Part shown: positions 25,529-39,196 of the stretch, in pieces | Layout: each line of letters begins with the position of its first letter | How positions within the stretch are numbered: position 1 is the stretch's first letter | DNA from: Octopus sinensis | Lineage: Eukaryota | NCBI RefSeq assembly: GCF_006345805.1 | Contig: NC_043014.1 | Coordinates: 24,862,001-24,926,000 of the forward strand | Length of the DNA stretch: 64,000 nucleotides | Direction of reading: 5' to 3' | The notes under the pieces: generated by a model | What the model was told of the DNA's origin: nothing | The model's database searches: none | Seen by the model: only the letters and a program-made list of their open reading frames with translations | Translations under genes and position numbers: made by a program

Positions 25529-25792
25529 ATATATATATACATATACATACATATATACACACATACACATACACATACATATATACATACATATATATAT
25601 ACACACACACACATACACATACATATATACATATATATACATACCTACACACATGTACATATAAATTCACACATAGATAACTCTACGTACCTACATATGC
25701 ATAAACACACGAGCGTACGCGCATATGTACATATACACATACACATACACACGCATATATATACATACATACATACACATACACACATGTAT

Positions 25793-25823
<31 letters not shown>

Positions 25824-25854
25824 ATATAATATATATATACATATACATACATAT

Positions 25855-25894
<40 letters not shown>

Positions 25895-26541
25895 TATATA
25901 CATATACATATATATATATACACATACACCACATACATACACATATATGTACACACACACACACACATACATACACACATACATACACATATACATACAT
26001 ATACACACACATATACACATATACATACTAAAAACACATACACACACATATATACATGTGTGCAAACATACATAAATTCTCATGCAAGCAGACACACTTA
26101 CATTTACATATATACACACACTTACACACATATATACATACACATATACATACATACATACATACGTATATGCATACATACACACACACACATACATATA
26201 TTTATATATACACATACATACATACACATACACATACCCATACATATATATACACACACACACATATACACATGCACATACTTATATCTCTACATACTCG
26301 CATATACATATATATATATATATATATATTTACATATACACACAAACATATACCTATATACATGTATATATACACACACACACATATATACACATCTACA
26401 ATTTGTATCTACACTCACATACCTGCACATACACATACCTACATATACATCGACATACTCGCGTACACTCATATATATACACATATATACATATACACAC
26501 ACACATACATATACATATACATATACATACATATATATGAA

Positions 26542-26635
<94 letters not shown>

Positions 26636-27569
26636 CATACATACATACACATATACATTTACATACAAGTACATATACACATACACCCACATATATATAC
26701 ACACACATATACATATATCAACAATTGAGGGTAAAGTTAATTAGTTATTAATCAAATTCACCAAGTATTCAGTATGTAAAAGGACCATTATTTTTATGAG
26801 TAAACAATGTCTGAGGGAAAATATTCTCTAAGTAGTGGAAGAGGCTAAAAAACTTTTTTGGCTGCTATTTCTAGAAAGTTCAGTATGCGGCAAAGCAATC
26901 CATTTCACTAAGCCCTAATTATATAATATTTTATACATACATACACATACATACACACATACATATACACAAACATATGCATACACACATGATACACATA
27001 TACACATACACAGGCGTGCACATACAATATGTGAGAGGTCTTAGGAGAAGAGGTAATCGGGGGTGCTAGGGGAACGGTGGGTTTGGGGGGGGGGTTGTGG
27101 GTGGGGTGTCATCAATCTGGTTGCTGGGTAGGTCTATAGTTCTTGTAGTTCGCATACTTCTTATGCATACAATTTGGGGAGTGTTCTGAGATTTGGGGAG
27201 TGTATATGTGTATCATGTGTGTATGCATATGTTTGTGTATATGTATGTGTGTATGTATGTGTATGTATGTATAAAATATTATATAATTAGGGCTTAGTGA
27301 AATGGATTGCTTTGCCGCATACTAAACTTTCTAGAAATAGCAGCCAAAAAAGTTTTTTAGCCTCTTCCACTACTTAGAGAATATTTTCCCTCAGACATTG
27401 TTTACTCATAAAAATAATGGTCCTTTTACATACTGAATACTTGGTGAATTTGATTAATAACTAATTAACTTTACCCTCAATTGTTGATATATGTATATGT
27501 GTGTGTATATATATGTGGGTGTATGTGTATATGTACTTGTATGTATATGTATATGTGTATGTATGTATG

Positions 27570-27600
<31 letters not shown>

Positions 27601-27604
27601 GTAC

Positions 27605-27661
<57 letters not shown>

Positions 27662-28331
27662 TATGCATATATATGTATGTATATGTATATGTATGTGTGT
27701 GTGTATATGTATATATGTGTATATATATGAGTGTACGCGAGTATGTCGATGTATATGTAGGTATGTAGAGTTTATGTGTATGTGCAGGTATGTGAGTGTA
27801 GATACAAATTGTAGATGTGTATATATGTGTGTGTGTGTATATATACATGTATATAGGTATATGTTTGTGTGTATATGTAAATATATATATATATATTATA
27901 TATATATATGTATATGCGAGTATGTAGAGATATAAGTATGTGCATGTGTATATGTGTGTGTGTGTATATATATGTATGGGTATGTGTATGTGTATGTATG
28001 TATGTGTATATATAAATATATGTATGTGTGTGTGTGTATGTATGCATATACGTATGTATGTATGTATGTATGTATATGTGTATGTATATATGTGTGTAAG
28101 TGTGTGTATATATGTAAATGTAAGTGTGTCTGCTTGCATGAGAATTTATGTATGTTTGCACACATGTATATATGTGTGTGTATGTGTTTATGTATATGTA
28201 TATGTGTATATGTGTGTGTATATGTATGTATATGTGTATGTATGTGTGTATGTATGTGTGTGTGGTGTGTGTACATATATGTGTATGTATGTGTGTGTAT
28301 GTGTATATATATATATGTATATGTATATGTA

Positions 28332-28394
<63 letters not shown>

Positions 28395-28427
28395 GTATGT
28401 ATATGTATATATATATATATATATATA
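24250..28427. repeat. Compound (CA)/(TA)/(CATA) microsatellite block, internally palindromic
   Basis: Low-complexity dinucleotide mosaic; ~25.95-27.0 kb is inverted at ~27.2-28.3 kb. Confidence 0.9.
26722..26925 (+). repeat. Short interspersed repeat related to 48985-49095; inverted copy at 27280-27485
   Basis: Shares tttg(g/a)ctgctatttcta..ttc(a/g)gtatg(c/t)gg(c/t)aa(a/g)gcaa...ctaa.ccct.att with the 49-kb element. Confidence 0.6.
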
Positions 28428-29215
28428 AAAAAGTTGAGTTGTGGGGTATCGCACGAGTGGGTTATATAAGAAAAAAGGTTTGAAAATGCAATTTAAACGA
28501 GTTTATTTACTTAACCGGTTTCACTCTTTGGTAAAAGATTGTCAAAAGTTACATTTAAGGAACATTGAATAATATGGGTTCAAAAAAAGTTTTTTACATA
28601 ATTGTCACATTGAGTATTATGCATTCAAAAAGGTTTTTACATATTGTCACATTGAGTATTATGCATTCAAAAAGGTTTTTACATAATTGTCACATTGAGT
28701 ATTATGCATTCAAAAAGGTTTTTACATAATTGTCACATTGGATATTATGAATTCAAAAATGTTTTTTTTATACATAATTGTCACATTACATGTATAGATA
28801 TAGTGTTTGGTAACAGAGAAGTTCAATAGTGTGATGAGAATATTTGGGAAAATTTGGCAGAAAAGGATAAAAACAAATATATTATTGGGAATTGGTTGCG
28901 TTAATTATTGGTTGTCGCAAATTGTCACATTACATGTATATATATACAATCTTCGGTATATATATACAGCCTTTTGACAGCAAAAATTAGAATGGCTTTT
29001 TTATACATCTCAGAATATTTTAAGTACAAGGTGAGAATATGTTTTTACTGACCTGTTGGGATTAGCAGAAAGGCTGAACTGAGAGAACAGAGGAAGTAGC
29101 CAATGTGGTGTATACTTCCCCTTTATGCATGAATGATTTTGGGGTTATCAGGAGGTTAGTATGCGGGTGTGAATAGATGTGTCCGTGCCCGCTGGTCAGA
29201 TAGCGTCTGTTTGTC
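28428..29215 (-). mobile_element. Non-coding PLE-like element with degenerate HHR and ~43-bp tandem array
   Basis: HHR-like motif at 28509-28549 and ttgtcacatt repeats at 28602, 28644, 28687, 28730 and 28778. Other copies at 34495-35235 (inverted) and 55540-56170 (diverged). Confidence 0.65.
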
Positions 29216-29422
29216 ACACACATATATACACACACACACACACACACAACAACACACACACACACACACACACATAGTAAACAACACACACCACATACAA
29301 CAACACACCACACACACACCCAGAACACACACACCCACACACAACGCACCCACATATATCACATATACACACAGCACACAAATATAATATGTATCTATAT
29401 ATAAACATACACAGATATATAA

Positions 29423-29467
<45 letters not shown>

Positions 29468-30045
29468 CACACACGCACACATACATACATAATATAAATA
29501 TCACACAAATACACCTAGCATATATATACACACATACAATATACACATACAGCATGTAAGCAATATACATACACAATATATGCATGCAATATACATACGC
29601 AGTACATACATTTATATATATATATAGACAATGCATATACATATATACACATATACATATAAATAGTGTTTACATACACATACATAGATGTACCACATAT
29701 ACCCACAATACACATACATACAACGCATACACATACACGTACGCATACATATAATGTATATATACACACACACACACATAACATACATACACAATGTATA
29801 CATATATATACACGCAATGCACATACATGTATTCACGCATATATAGCACACCTACAATATACATATAATCACTGTACACATACACACACATATATACACT
29901 TAATTGTACACATACATATACAATACACATACATACAATATAAATATACACAATGCGCATGCAAATAATGTACATGTTTATACACACATAAACAAGCAAA
30001 TAAATATACACACACACACATACACACATACACATATATATACAC

Positions 30046-30077
<32 letters not shown>

Positions 30078-30527
30078 ATACATACATACATGCACATACA
30101 TATATTTTTTCACACACATACACATACATATATATATATAAAATTCACCCCCCCCACACACAAATTACAACTATAGCGTACACACTCAAATATATCTCTA
30201 CATGCCGCACACACACACAAACAAAGTACTAACATATACACACATACCATGCTATACACACACAACACACATACACACTATATATATATATATATATATA
30301 TTTAAAAACAAATACACATGTAAATATACATACGTACATAATGCTCACACACACACACATACACACACACCCGTACACAGTGCACACACACACACATATA
30401 TACACACGTGCACACACAACACATACACACAACGTGCGCGCACGCACACACATACACACACACGCACACAGTGCACACACACACACATATATATATATAC
30501 AACCCCGCACACACACACACACAACGT

Positions 30528-30567
<40 letters not shown>

Positions 30568-30749
30568 CAAACACTCACACACATACACCTACATATAATA
30601 ATGCATGCGTGTGCATGCCACGTATGTGTGTGGTCAATGCCCGCTAGTGTGTCCTATGCGTGCCGATGCGCGCATGTGCCCGCCCGCACGATATGCTGTG
30701 AGCGTGCGCGCGTCCCTGTGTGTTTGCTCTGGATTGTTTTCCAGGGGGT

Positions 30750-33311
30750 ATGTTAGAGTATGTTTAGTTGTGGTCTGTATTTTGAATAAGATTACTTTCC
30801 TTATTTATTCGTGTTTGGTCTGTGGTGTTGTCCGAGCATTGGTATAGTGGGAAGACTAAGAATTTGGGGGACTTATTGTGTGCACAAAGGTCTAAGTGTC
30901 CACTTAGTGGTATCTGTCTTGTGGAGGGGTCCCTCAGTTGTTGTCGGTGAACTGTCATTCTGTCTCTGAGGGTAAGGCTCGTTTGCCCTATGTAATCTTC
31001 GTGGCATCCTTCACACCTTATGACGTAGAGTAAATTTTTTGCTGCGCACGTGAAATTATTTTTTATGATGAATGTGTGTCCCGAGTGGAACTTGTACGAT
31101 GATCCCTCAATGAGGTGGATGCAGGTCTTGCAGTTGGGCGACCACATTTTATGATGGTGGCGGTGGGTTTGTGTTGTGTAATTTTGCGTTGGTGAGGAGG
31201 TTTTTTAGGGATTTAGGTTGTCTCTTACTTTTTATTATTTTATGAGCTGCCAGTATTTTTTTCAGGCGTGGGTCTTGATTTAGTTGTGGAATGTTGTTGT
31301 ATATAATAGTGTATGCTTCTGCATTCCTTGGGTTGTGTGTTGAGAGATAAGGGAGGCTATTGACTGTACTGTGGATGTGTTTGGGTTTTCGAAGGTCTTG
31401 AATGTTGATTGATTTGGCCCGTTCTATTCCGTTGTCTACTAGTGATGCGGGGTAATGTCTTTCGAGAAGAATTGCCCTTAGTTCCCGGAGTCTTCTATTT
31501 CGTGTTGTGTCATTTGAGACAATAGTGCAGATTCTTCTCGCTAGGTTGAAGGGGATATTTGTCTTTGTGTGTTTTGGGTGGGTGATTGGAGGTGAATAGA
31601 AGGTATTGTTTAGAGTCAGTGGTTTGTAATGGATGTCAGTTTCAATGTTGACGCCTTTTTAATGATTAGGATGTCAAGAAAAGGGAGTTGGTCCTGACTA
31701 TATTCCATTGTGAATTGAATGTTGTTATTTACACTGTTGATAAGGTTTTTGAAGTCTATAAGTTGGTCGAGTGTGTGGGACCATAGGATGAGGCAATCAT
31801 CTAAGTAGCGTTTCCAGTTCTCCAACAGGTATTTGTGGAAAGACTGGCCGTACTTATATTTGGATTTTTCATAGATATGTGATTCCAGGTAGGCCATCAC
31901 CAGGTTTGCATAGGTAGGTGCAACTTTCGTACCCATTGCAGTACCTGAGACCTGTCTGTAAGTGTTGTTGTGGAAATACATGAAGTTGTTTTGCAGAATA
32001 AATTTGAGGCCCTCAATTATGAATTCTTTTTTAATTCTTTCCGGGATCTCATTGGGATATTTATCCAGCCAGAATTTATGGCTTCCAGTCCAAATTCATG
32101 TGGGATTGTGGTGTAAAGATTAATAACATCAAAAGAAACGATTAAGGTGTCTTTATCGGCATGTTTGGGGAGATGGTTTAATAGGTCCAGGTCATCTCTT
32201 ACAATACTTGGAATGTGTTTCAGTATTGGCTTTAAGATGATATCTATCTAAAAGTTGCTAAGTCTGTGTGTTTCACAACTTGGGCCTGCCACTATTGGTC
32301 TCAGTTTGAGATCAGTGGGATGTGGTATAGTGATGCAGGTTGAAGTGGACTTTTTGCAAGCTTCTGTGATAATTTGACTCTTGTGTATTTTTGGAAGCCC
32401 ATAGAGTGTGCTGGTTTTGCAATTAAATTAGTAATGTAGTCGCATTCCTTTGCTGTCAAGTCATTCCGGTGTGGTAAATGAGTGCCTTCAGATTGGTCAT
32501 TGTTTTGGATTGCTGGTAGTCGACTACTCTTTCGTAGTATGTGGTATCCTCTAAAAGGAGAGATACAGAGTTTTTATATTGCTCAGTATTCATAACAACG
32601 ACCGTACTACCCTTATCAGCTTCCTTTATTGTGACGTCATGATTGTCTCGTAGCGTATGGATGATTTCCCATTCTCTTTTACTGGTGTTGGGTTTCAGTT
32701 TAGGTTGTGGGAGTTCACCATAAGGGAAGTTGGAGATGTAATCGCAAAATTTGTCTAAGGTTTTGTTTTTGCCTTTTATGGGATTATAGTTGCTTTTGTT
32801 ACAGACCATTGAATCGTCGATATTATTAGTTTTCCTGTCAAAAAATTCCTCTGTGAGGCGTAATTTTCTGCAGAAGTGCGAGATGTCATCCTGTATTTCC
32901 CTCAGGTTACCTGGAACAACCAAAACCTCCTCAACAGACAACATAGCAACGGGGGACAGAATCACAACAACCAAAACCTCTTCAACAGACATGTCAACGG
33001 GGGACAGAATCACATACAGCAAAATACCACAAATAGAAGAACCCCCAGGATTCCTTTTTTAGGCAAGGGCATCAGTTTCCACGACACCAGATGGTAGATA
33101 CCAACCCCGAAAAACCAAAAATAGTGAATCTTTCTAACCTAAACCTGTCGACACCACAAATAAAAATCCTTTCAAGAGGACTAAAATTCACCCCAACTCC
33201 GCAATACCCTAACCTGAGGGAAATACAGGATGACATCTCGCACTTCTGCAGAAAATTACGCCTCACAGAGGAATTTTTTGACAGGAAAACTAATAATATC
33301 GACGATTCAAT
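30750..33311 (-). mobile_element. Neptune-type PLE with inverted 5' segment
   Basis: Minus strand 32910 to 30764: KEADKG, DVINLYTTIPH, GTAMGTKVAP, WKRYLDD, LPFLD, CKTC, LLYVIRCEGCHEDYIGQT. The N-terminal part (IVNLS...LSRGLKFTPTP) is on the plus strand at 32911-33311. Confidence 0.9.
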
Positions 33312-33370
33312 GTGTACGGGTGTGTGTGTGAGCATTATGTACGTATGTATATATTACATGTGTATTTGTT

Positions 33371-33413
<43 letters not shown>

Positions 33414-34208
33414 TATGTGTGTATGTTGTTGTGTGTATATGCATGGTATGTGTGTATATGTTAGTACTTTGTTTGTGTGTGTGTGCGGCATGTAGAGAAT
33501 ATTTGAGTGTGTACGCTATAAGTTGTAATTTGTGTGTGGGGGGGGGGGAATTTTTTATATATATATATATGTATGTGTATGTGTGTGAAAAAATATATGT
33601 ATGTGCATGTATGTATGTATGTATGTGTGTATATATATATATATATATGTGTATATATATGTGTATGTGTGTATGTGTGTGTGTGTATATTTATTTGCTT
33701 GTTTATGTGTGTATAAACATGTACATTATTTGCATGCGCATTGTGTATATGTATATTGTATGTATGTGTATTGTATATGTATGTGTACAATTAAGTGTAT
33801 ATATGTGTGTGTATGTGTACAGTGTATATATGTATATTGTAGGTGTGCTATATATGCGTGAATACATGTATGTGCATTGCGTGTATATATATGTATACAT
33901 TGTGTATGTATGTTATGTGTGTGTGTGTGTATATATACATTATATGTATGCGTACGTGTATGTGTATGCGTTGTATGTATGTGTATTGTGGGTATATGTG
34001 GTACATCTATGTATGTGTATGTAAACACTATTTATATGTATATGTGTATATATGTATATGCATTGTCTATATATATATATTAAATGTATGTACTGCGTAT
34101 GTATATTGCATGCATATATTGTGTATGTATATTGCTTACATGCTGTATGTGTATATTGTATGTGTGTATATATATGCTAGGTGTATTTGTGTGATATTAT
34201 ATTATGTA

Positions 34209-34244
<36 letters not shown>

Positions 34245-34278
34245 CATGTGTGTATGTGTATGTGTGTGTGTGTATATA

Positions 34279-34313
<35 letters not shown>

Positions 34314-34494
34314 GTGTATGTGTGTTGTGTGTGTGTGTGTATATATGTGTGTGTGTGTGTTGTGTGTGTGTGTGTGTGTTGTGTGTGTTGTGTGTGTGTG
34401 TTGTTTGTATGTGGTGTGTGTTTGTTTACTATGTGTGTGTGTGTGTGTGTGGTGTGTGTGTGTGTGGTGTGTGTGTATATATGTGTGTGACAAC

Positions 34495-35234
34495 AGACGC
34501 TATCTGACCAGCGGGCACGGACACATCTATTCACACCCGCATACTAACCTCCTGATAACCCCAAAATCATTCATGCATAAAGGGGAAGTATACACCACAT
34601 TGGCTACTTCCTCTGTTCTCTCAGTTCAGCCTTTCTGCTAATCCCAACAGGTCAGTAAAAACATATTCTCACCTTGTACTTAAAATATTCTGAGATGTAT
34701 AAAAAAGCCATTCTAATTTTTGCTGTCAAAAGGCCTGTATATATATACCGAAGATTGTATATATATACATGTAATGTGACAATTTGCGACAACCAATAAT
34801 TAACGCAACCAATTCCCAATAATATATTTGTTTTATCCTTTTCTGCCAAATTTTCCCAAATATTCTCATCACACTATTGAACTTCTCTGTTACCAAACAC
34901 TATATCTATACATGTAATGTGACAATTATGTATAAAAAAACATTTTTGAATTCATAATAATCCAATGTGACAATTATGTAAAAACCTTTTTGAATGCATA
35001 ATACTCAATGTGACAATTATGTAAAAACCTTTTTGAATGCATTACTCAATGTGACAATTATGTAAAAACCTTTTTGAATGCATAATACTCAATGTGACAA
35101 TTATGTAAAAAAACTTTTTTTGAACCCATATTATTCAATGTTTCCTTAAATGTAACTTTTGACAATCTTTTACCAAAGAGTGAAACCGGTTAAGTAAATA
35201 AACATCGTTTAAATTGCATTTTCAAACCTTTTTT

Positions 35235-35235
<1 letters not shown>
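34495..35235 (+). mobile_element. Inverted copy of the 28428-29215 element
   Basis: Near-identical reverse complement, including the 43-bp array. Confidence 0.65.
35155..35195 (+). ncRNA. Degenerate minimal hammerhead motif, U3-A8 variant
   Basis: ACUU-UUGACAA-UCUUU(UACC)AAAGA-gu-GAAACCGGUU-AAGU. Stem II is offset by 2 nt. Copies at 28509-28549 (-) and 55624-55663 (-, GAAC). Confidence 0.45.
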
Positions 35236-35281
<46 letters not shown>

Positions 35282-35524
35282 ATACATGTGTGTATGTGTA
35301 TGTATGTATGTATATATATGCGTGTGTATGTGTATGTGTATATGTACATATGCGCGTACGCTCGTGTGTTTATGCATATGTAGGTACGTAGAGTTATCTA
35401 TGTGTGAATTTATATGTACATGTGTGTAGGTATGTATATATATGTATATATGTATGTGTATGTGTTGTGGTGTATATATATATGTATGTATATATGTATG
35501 TGTATGTGTATGTGTGTATATATG

Positions 35525-36855
35525 TATGTATATGGGTTAATATCTAGATCCGCACCCGGTGGAAAAAATGGAAACGCAAATGTGTAACAGTTGTAAGGCA
35601 TCGTATATTGACGTAATAAGACGGAAAAAAAGGGCGCTGACGAACGGGGGTGGGGGAGGGGGTTCGGAAGGGGGGAGAGGGGGGGCGGAAAATTCCCAGG
35701 ATCAACCTGGAATCTAAAATGTCTAACAGTTGTAAGGCATCGTATATTGACGGAATAAGACGTAAAAAAAGGGCGCTGACGAACGGGGGTGGGGTGGGGG
35801 TCGGAAAATTCCCAGGATCAACCGTAGAGGATCCACGCCCAGGTGGCAAAAATGGAAAAAAGTATGTGTAAGAGGTGTAAGGCATCGTATATTGAAGGAA
35901 TATTACGAAAAAAAAGCGCGCTGACAAACGGGGGGGGGGGGGGGGGGCTCGGAAAATTGCCTACGATTTAAAGAAAAATTTACCATCAATTTTCACCATT
36001 TAAACGCATGTGGGCATAAATCTACCACGCATGTGGTAAGTACAGATTATATTTTCCCAATATTATTGATTGTCACAGAATAATTATCAATCGCAACTTC
36101 AAAAATTCAAATTCCATTACTTCAGTTTTCACTTTTTGTTTGTAAAATAAAAAAAAAATATATATATAGACTAGCAGTATCGCCCGGCGTTGCTCGGTTG
36201 GTAAGGGAAATACTATAAAGCATTTTTAGCAAAAATATTGAAAAATATTGAAAATAGCAAAAAAATTGAAATTCTCGACCCCATGTCGAATTTATCGATC
36301 TTTTTCAGAACTGGGGGAACTTTTCAAAATTTTTGCTGCGTTAGTTTTGAATTATGACATTGGGCTATGTGTGTGTCAAGTTTCATCAGAATCGGTTGAA
36401 AGCCGTGGTCAGGGTGAGGGTACAACCTGACAGACACACAGAAAAACTGCCGTTTATATATATAGATTTTTAGAGAGTTACTTCCCTTATGCCAACAATG
36501 CGTTTAAATGGTGAAAATTGATGGTAAATTTTTCTTTAAATCGTAGGCAATTTTCGGAGCCCCCTCCCCCCCCCCCGTTTGTCAGCGCGCTTTTTTTTCG
36601 TCATATTCCTTCAATATACGATGCCTTACACCTCTTACACATACTTTTTTCCATTTTTGCCACCTGGGCGTGGATCCTCTACGGTTGATCCTGGGAATTT
36701 TCCGACCCCCCCACTCCCCCCTTCCGAACCCCCTCCCCCACCCCCGTTCGTCAGCGCCCTTTTTTTCCGTCTTATTACGTCAATATACGATGCCTTACAA
36801 CTGTTACACATTTGCGTTTCCATTTTTTCCACCGGGTGCGGATCTAGATATTAAC
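35525..36855. mobile_element. Helentron/HINE-like non-autonomous element region with G-rich modules
   Basis: actagcagtatcgcccggcgttgctcgg start at 36170 and gacagacacacag...tttatatatatagat end at 36467. Flanking modules (35525-35990, inverted at 36480-36855) share agagagttacttcccttat and tggtaaattttt with the 57.3-58.5 kb element. Confidence 0.5.
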
Positions 36856-36865
36856 CGCATATGTA

Positions 36866-36911
<46 letters not shown>

Positions 36912-37233
36912 GTGTGTGTAAGTTTATATGTATGTATCCGTCTATGTAATAGGTAACTGCACGTACATATACTTAATATTATTATTATTTTTTGAGTATG
37001 CATGTAAGTTTGAATATAAGGAGGCGCGTATGTGTGTGTGTATGTGTAAGCATAGATATATGTATACTTTTACGCATGTGTGTACTTATGTGTATATATG
37101 GATGCGCGCGTGTGTGTGTGTGTGTATGGGTACGCATGTACATGTGTATGTGCGTGTAGTGTATATATATGTATATGTGTGTGTATGCGTATGTGTGTAT
37201 ATGTGTGTGTGTATATATGTGTATATATATATG

Positions 37234-37274
<41 letters not shown>

Positions 37275-38321
37275 ATTTGTATGTAGGTGTATATGTATGT
37301 GTGTGTATTTATATTTATTGGTGTATATATATAGACTAGCCTTCTAAGAGTGTAGACATAAATCTGTACGTATGTGTATATACGTGAATGTATGTAGATG
37401 GATGTATGTATGAATATAACGCGTGCGTGCGTGTATGTGTATGAGTGTACGAATGAGTGAGAGTACGTGCTAAAGAGTGTGCGTGAGTGAATGAGTGCTT
37501 GTTTTCCAGTAGACAGATAAATGGACTGGCTGTAATAGCCAAGATGTTTGTGACCAAGCGGCCAAAGATAACAAAAGTAATAAACGAAGATAATAAAATT
37601 AAAATTAGGGAATGGGTCTGTATTTGTATGTGTATATATATGTGTGTATGTGTAGGTTTGCATAGGTACACATATGTATATGTATACATGTATGTATATG
37701 TATGTATGTGTGTGTATAGGTGTGTGTATGTGTATATATGTGTATATAGGGACTAGTGTGCTGTGTGTGCATGTGTGTGTATGCGTGTATGTGAGTATGT
37801 GTGTGTATGTGTATATATATTTTTCTGTGCGTATATGTATGTGAGGTCGTGTGTGTATATATACATGTGTGTATACGTGTATGCATGTGAGTGTGTGTAT
37901 GTATACATATATATGTATCTGTAGATATGTATATGTATGTGTATGTGTAAGTGTATATATATGTATATATATGTGTGTGTATGTATGTGTGTATGTATAT
38001 GTATATATGTTTGTATGTGTGTGTATGTATGTATACACGTGTGCATAGGTATAAGTGAGAATCTCCTTATTTACCTAAAACTCTATTCCCCCCTTTTTTT
38101 ATATATAGGTTTTTTTTTTTATATATGGGTTTTTTTATTTTTTTATTTTTTTATTTTATTTTCTTATTTTTTTATTTTATTTTTTTATTTTTTTATTTAT
38201 TCTTCTATCTAATTTAACACTGACTCCTTGACCACTCCCCCAAGTATGATATTTTGCGCTATGCCAACCCCCAAAAAAGTCCTGCCTAAATGTATAAATG
38301 CCAATACAATTCTTGTTAACT

Positions 38322-38372
38322 AGCTTCCTGAAGATTTCTCTTGAATGAAACAGTTCTAGTCCTGTAGAAGCT
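38322..38372 (+). ncRNA. Type-I hammerhead ribozyme (inverted copy of 23874-23924)
   Basis: agcttcctgaagatttctcttgaatgaaacagttctagtcctgtagaagct. Confidence 0.7.
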
Positions 38373-39075
38373 CTTTCTATATAATAAATATATATATATA
38401 TATATATATATACAGATAGATAGAAAAGTGTGTGTGTGGGTATATACATATATATATATATCTGTCTATCTATCTATCTGCCTGCCTGTCTGTCTGTCTA
38501 TCTATATAATTAAAATAATGAGGGTAGAAATTAATATCAATCAATTTCAATTTAAACCAGTGGTCTAGCATATTCATAAAATCCGAAGATTTAAAAATTG
38601 TATTACAATTAATAAGAGGAATGACCACCAAAGTGGATTCCTATATGCTAGAGATAGATGTCAAATGAAAATTTACAAAATAAAACGATTACCTTCATAT
38701 CATGATTTCATTATTAATACTTGCAAAATGTAAAATGCAAAATGCAAGTATCTGTAAATCCTTAGCGTAGCCTGTCGTATTTCAAAACATATTTCACAGA
38801 ACTATACACAGAAATGTTTTCCTGAAAGAAAACTCATGTACAGTTCTACAAAATATATTTGGGGTATCTTTTAAAGTCCCTTAATATTTGATATTCAATA
38901 TTTTATCTATCCAATAAGACAATCAAGGCTTCATTTCGTTTTACTATATATACTATTTATACTATATATTCTATATTCTACATTACTATTATAAAGAATA
39001 TAAATAAAACATAAAAAACAGAGTTGGAATTTCCTTGAATAATATATATCCCTCTATACACAATCATACAAACCC

Positions 39076-39120
<45 letters not shown>

Positions 39121-39138
39121 CATACATACATACATACA

Positions 39139-39170
<32 letters not shown>

Positions 39171-39196
39171 GATGTATGTGTGTGTATATATATGTA

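Noticed and set aside
28580-28790. 43-bp and 38-bp (62753-62877) arrays as CRISPR
   Set aside because: Head-to-tail units with no unique spacers, eukaryotic context and no cas genes.
35637-35820. CTGACGA followed by GGAAAA in the G-rich modules as a hammerhead
   Set aside because: The would-be stem II is poly-G and cannot pair; no stem I or III.
24056-38048. Dozens of long ORFs rich in Y/I/H/T or C/V/M/Y
   Set aside because: They are translations of (CA)/(TA)/(TG) microsatellites that lack stop codons; no domain content.
38555-38670. tctagcatat/atatgctaga hairpin with TTGACA as a hammerhead
   Set aside because: No GAAA in register and no stem I.
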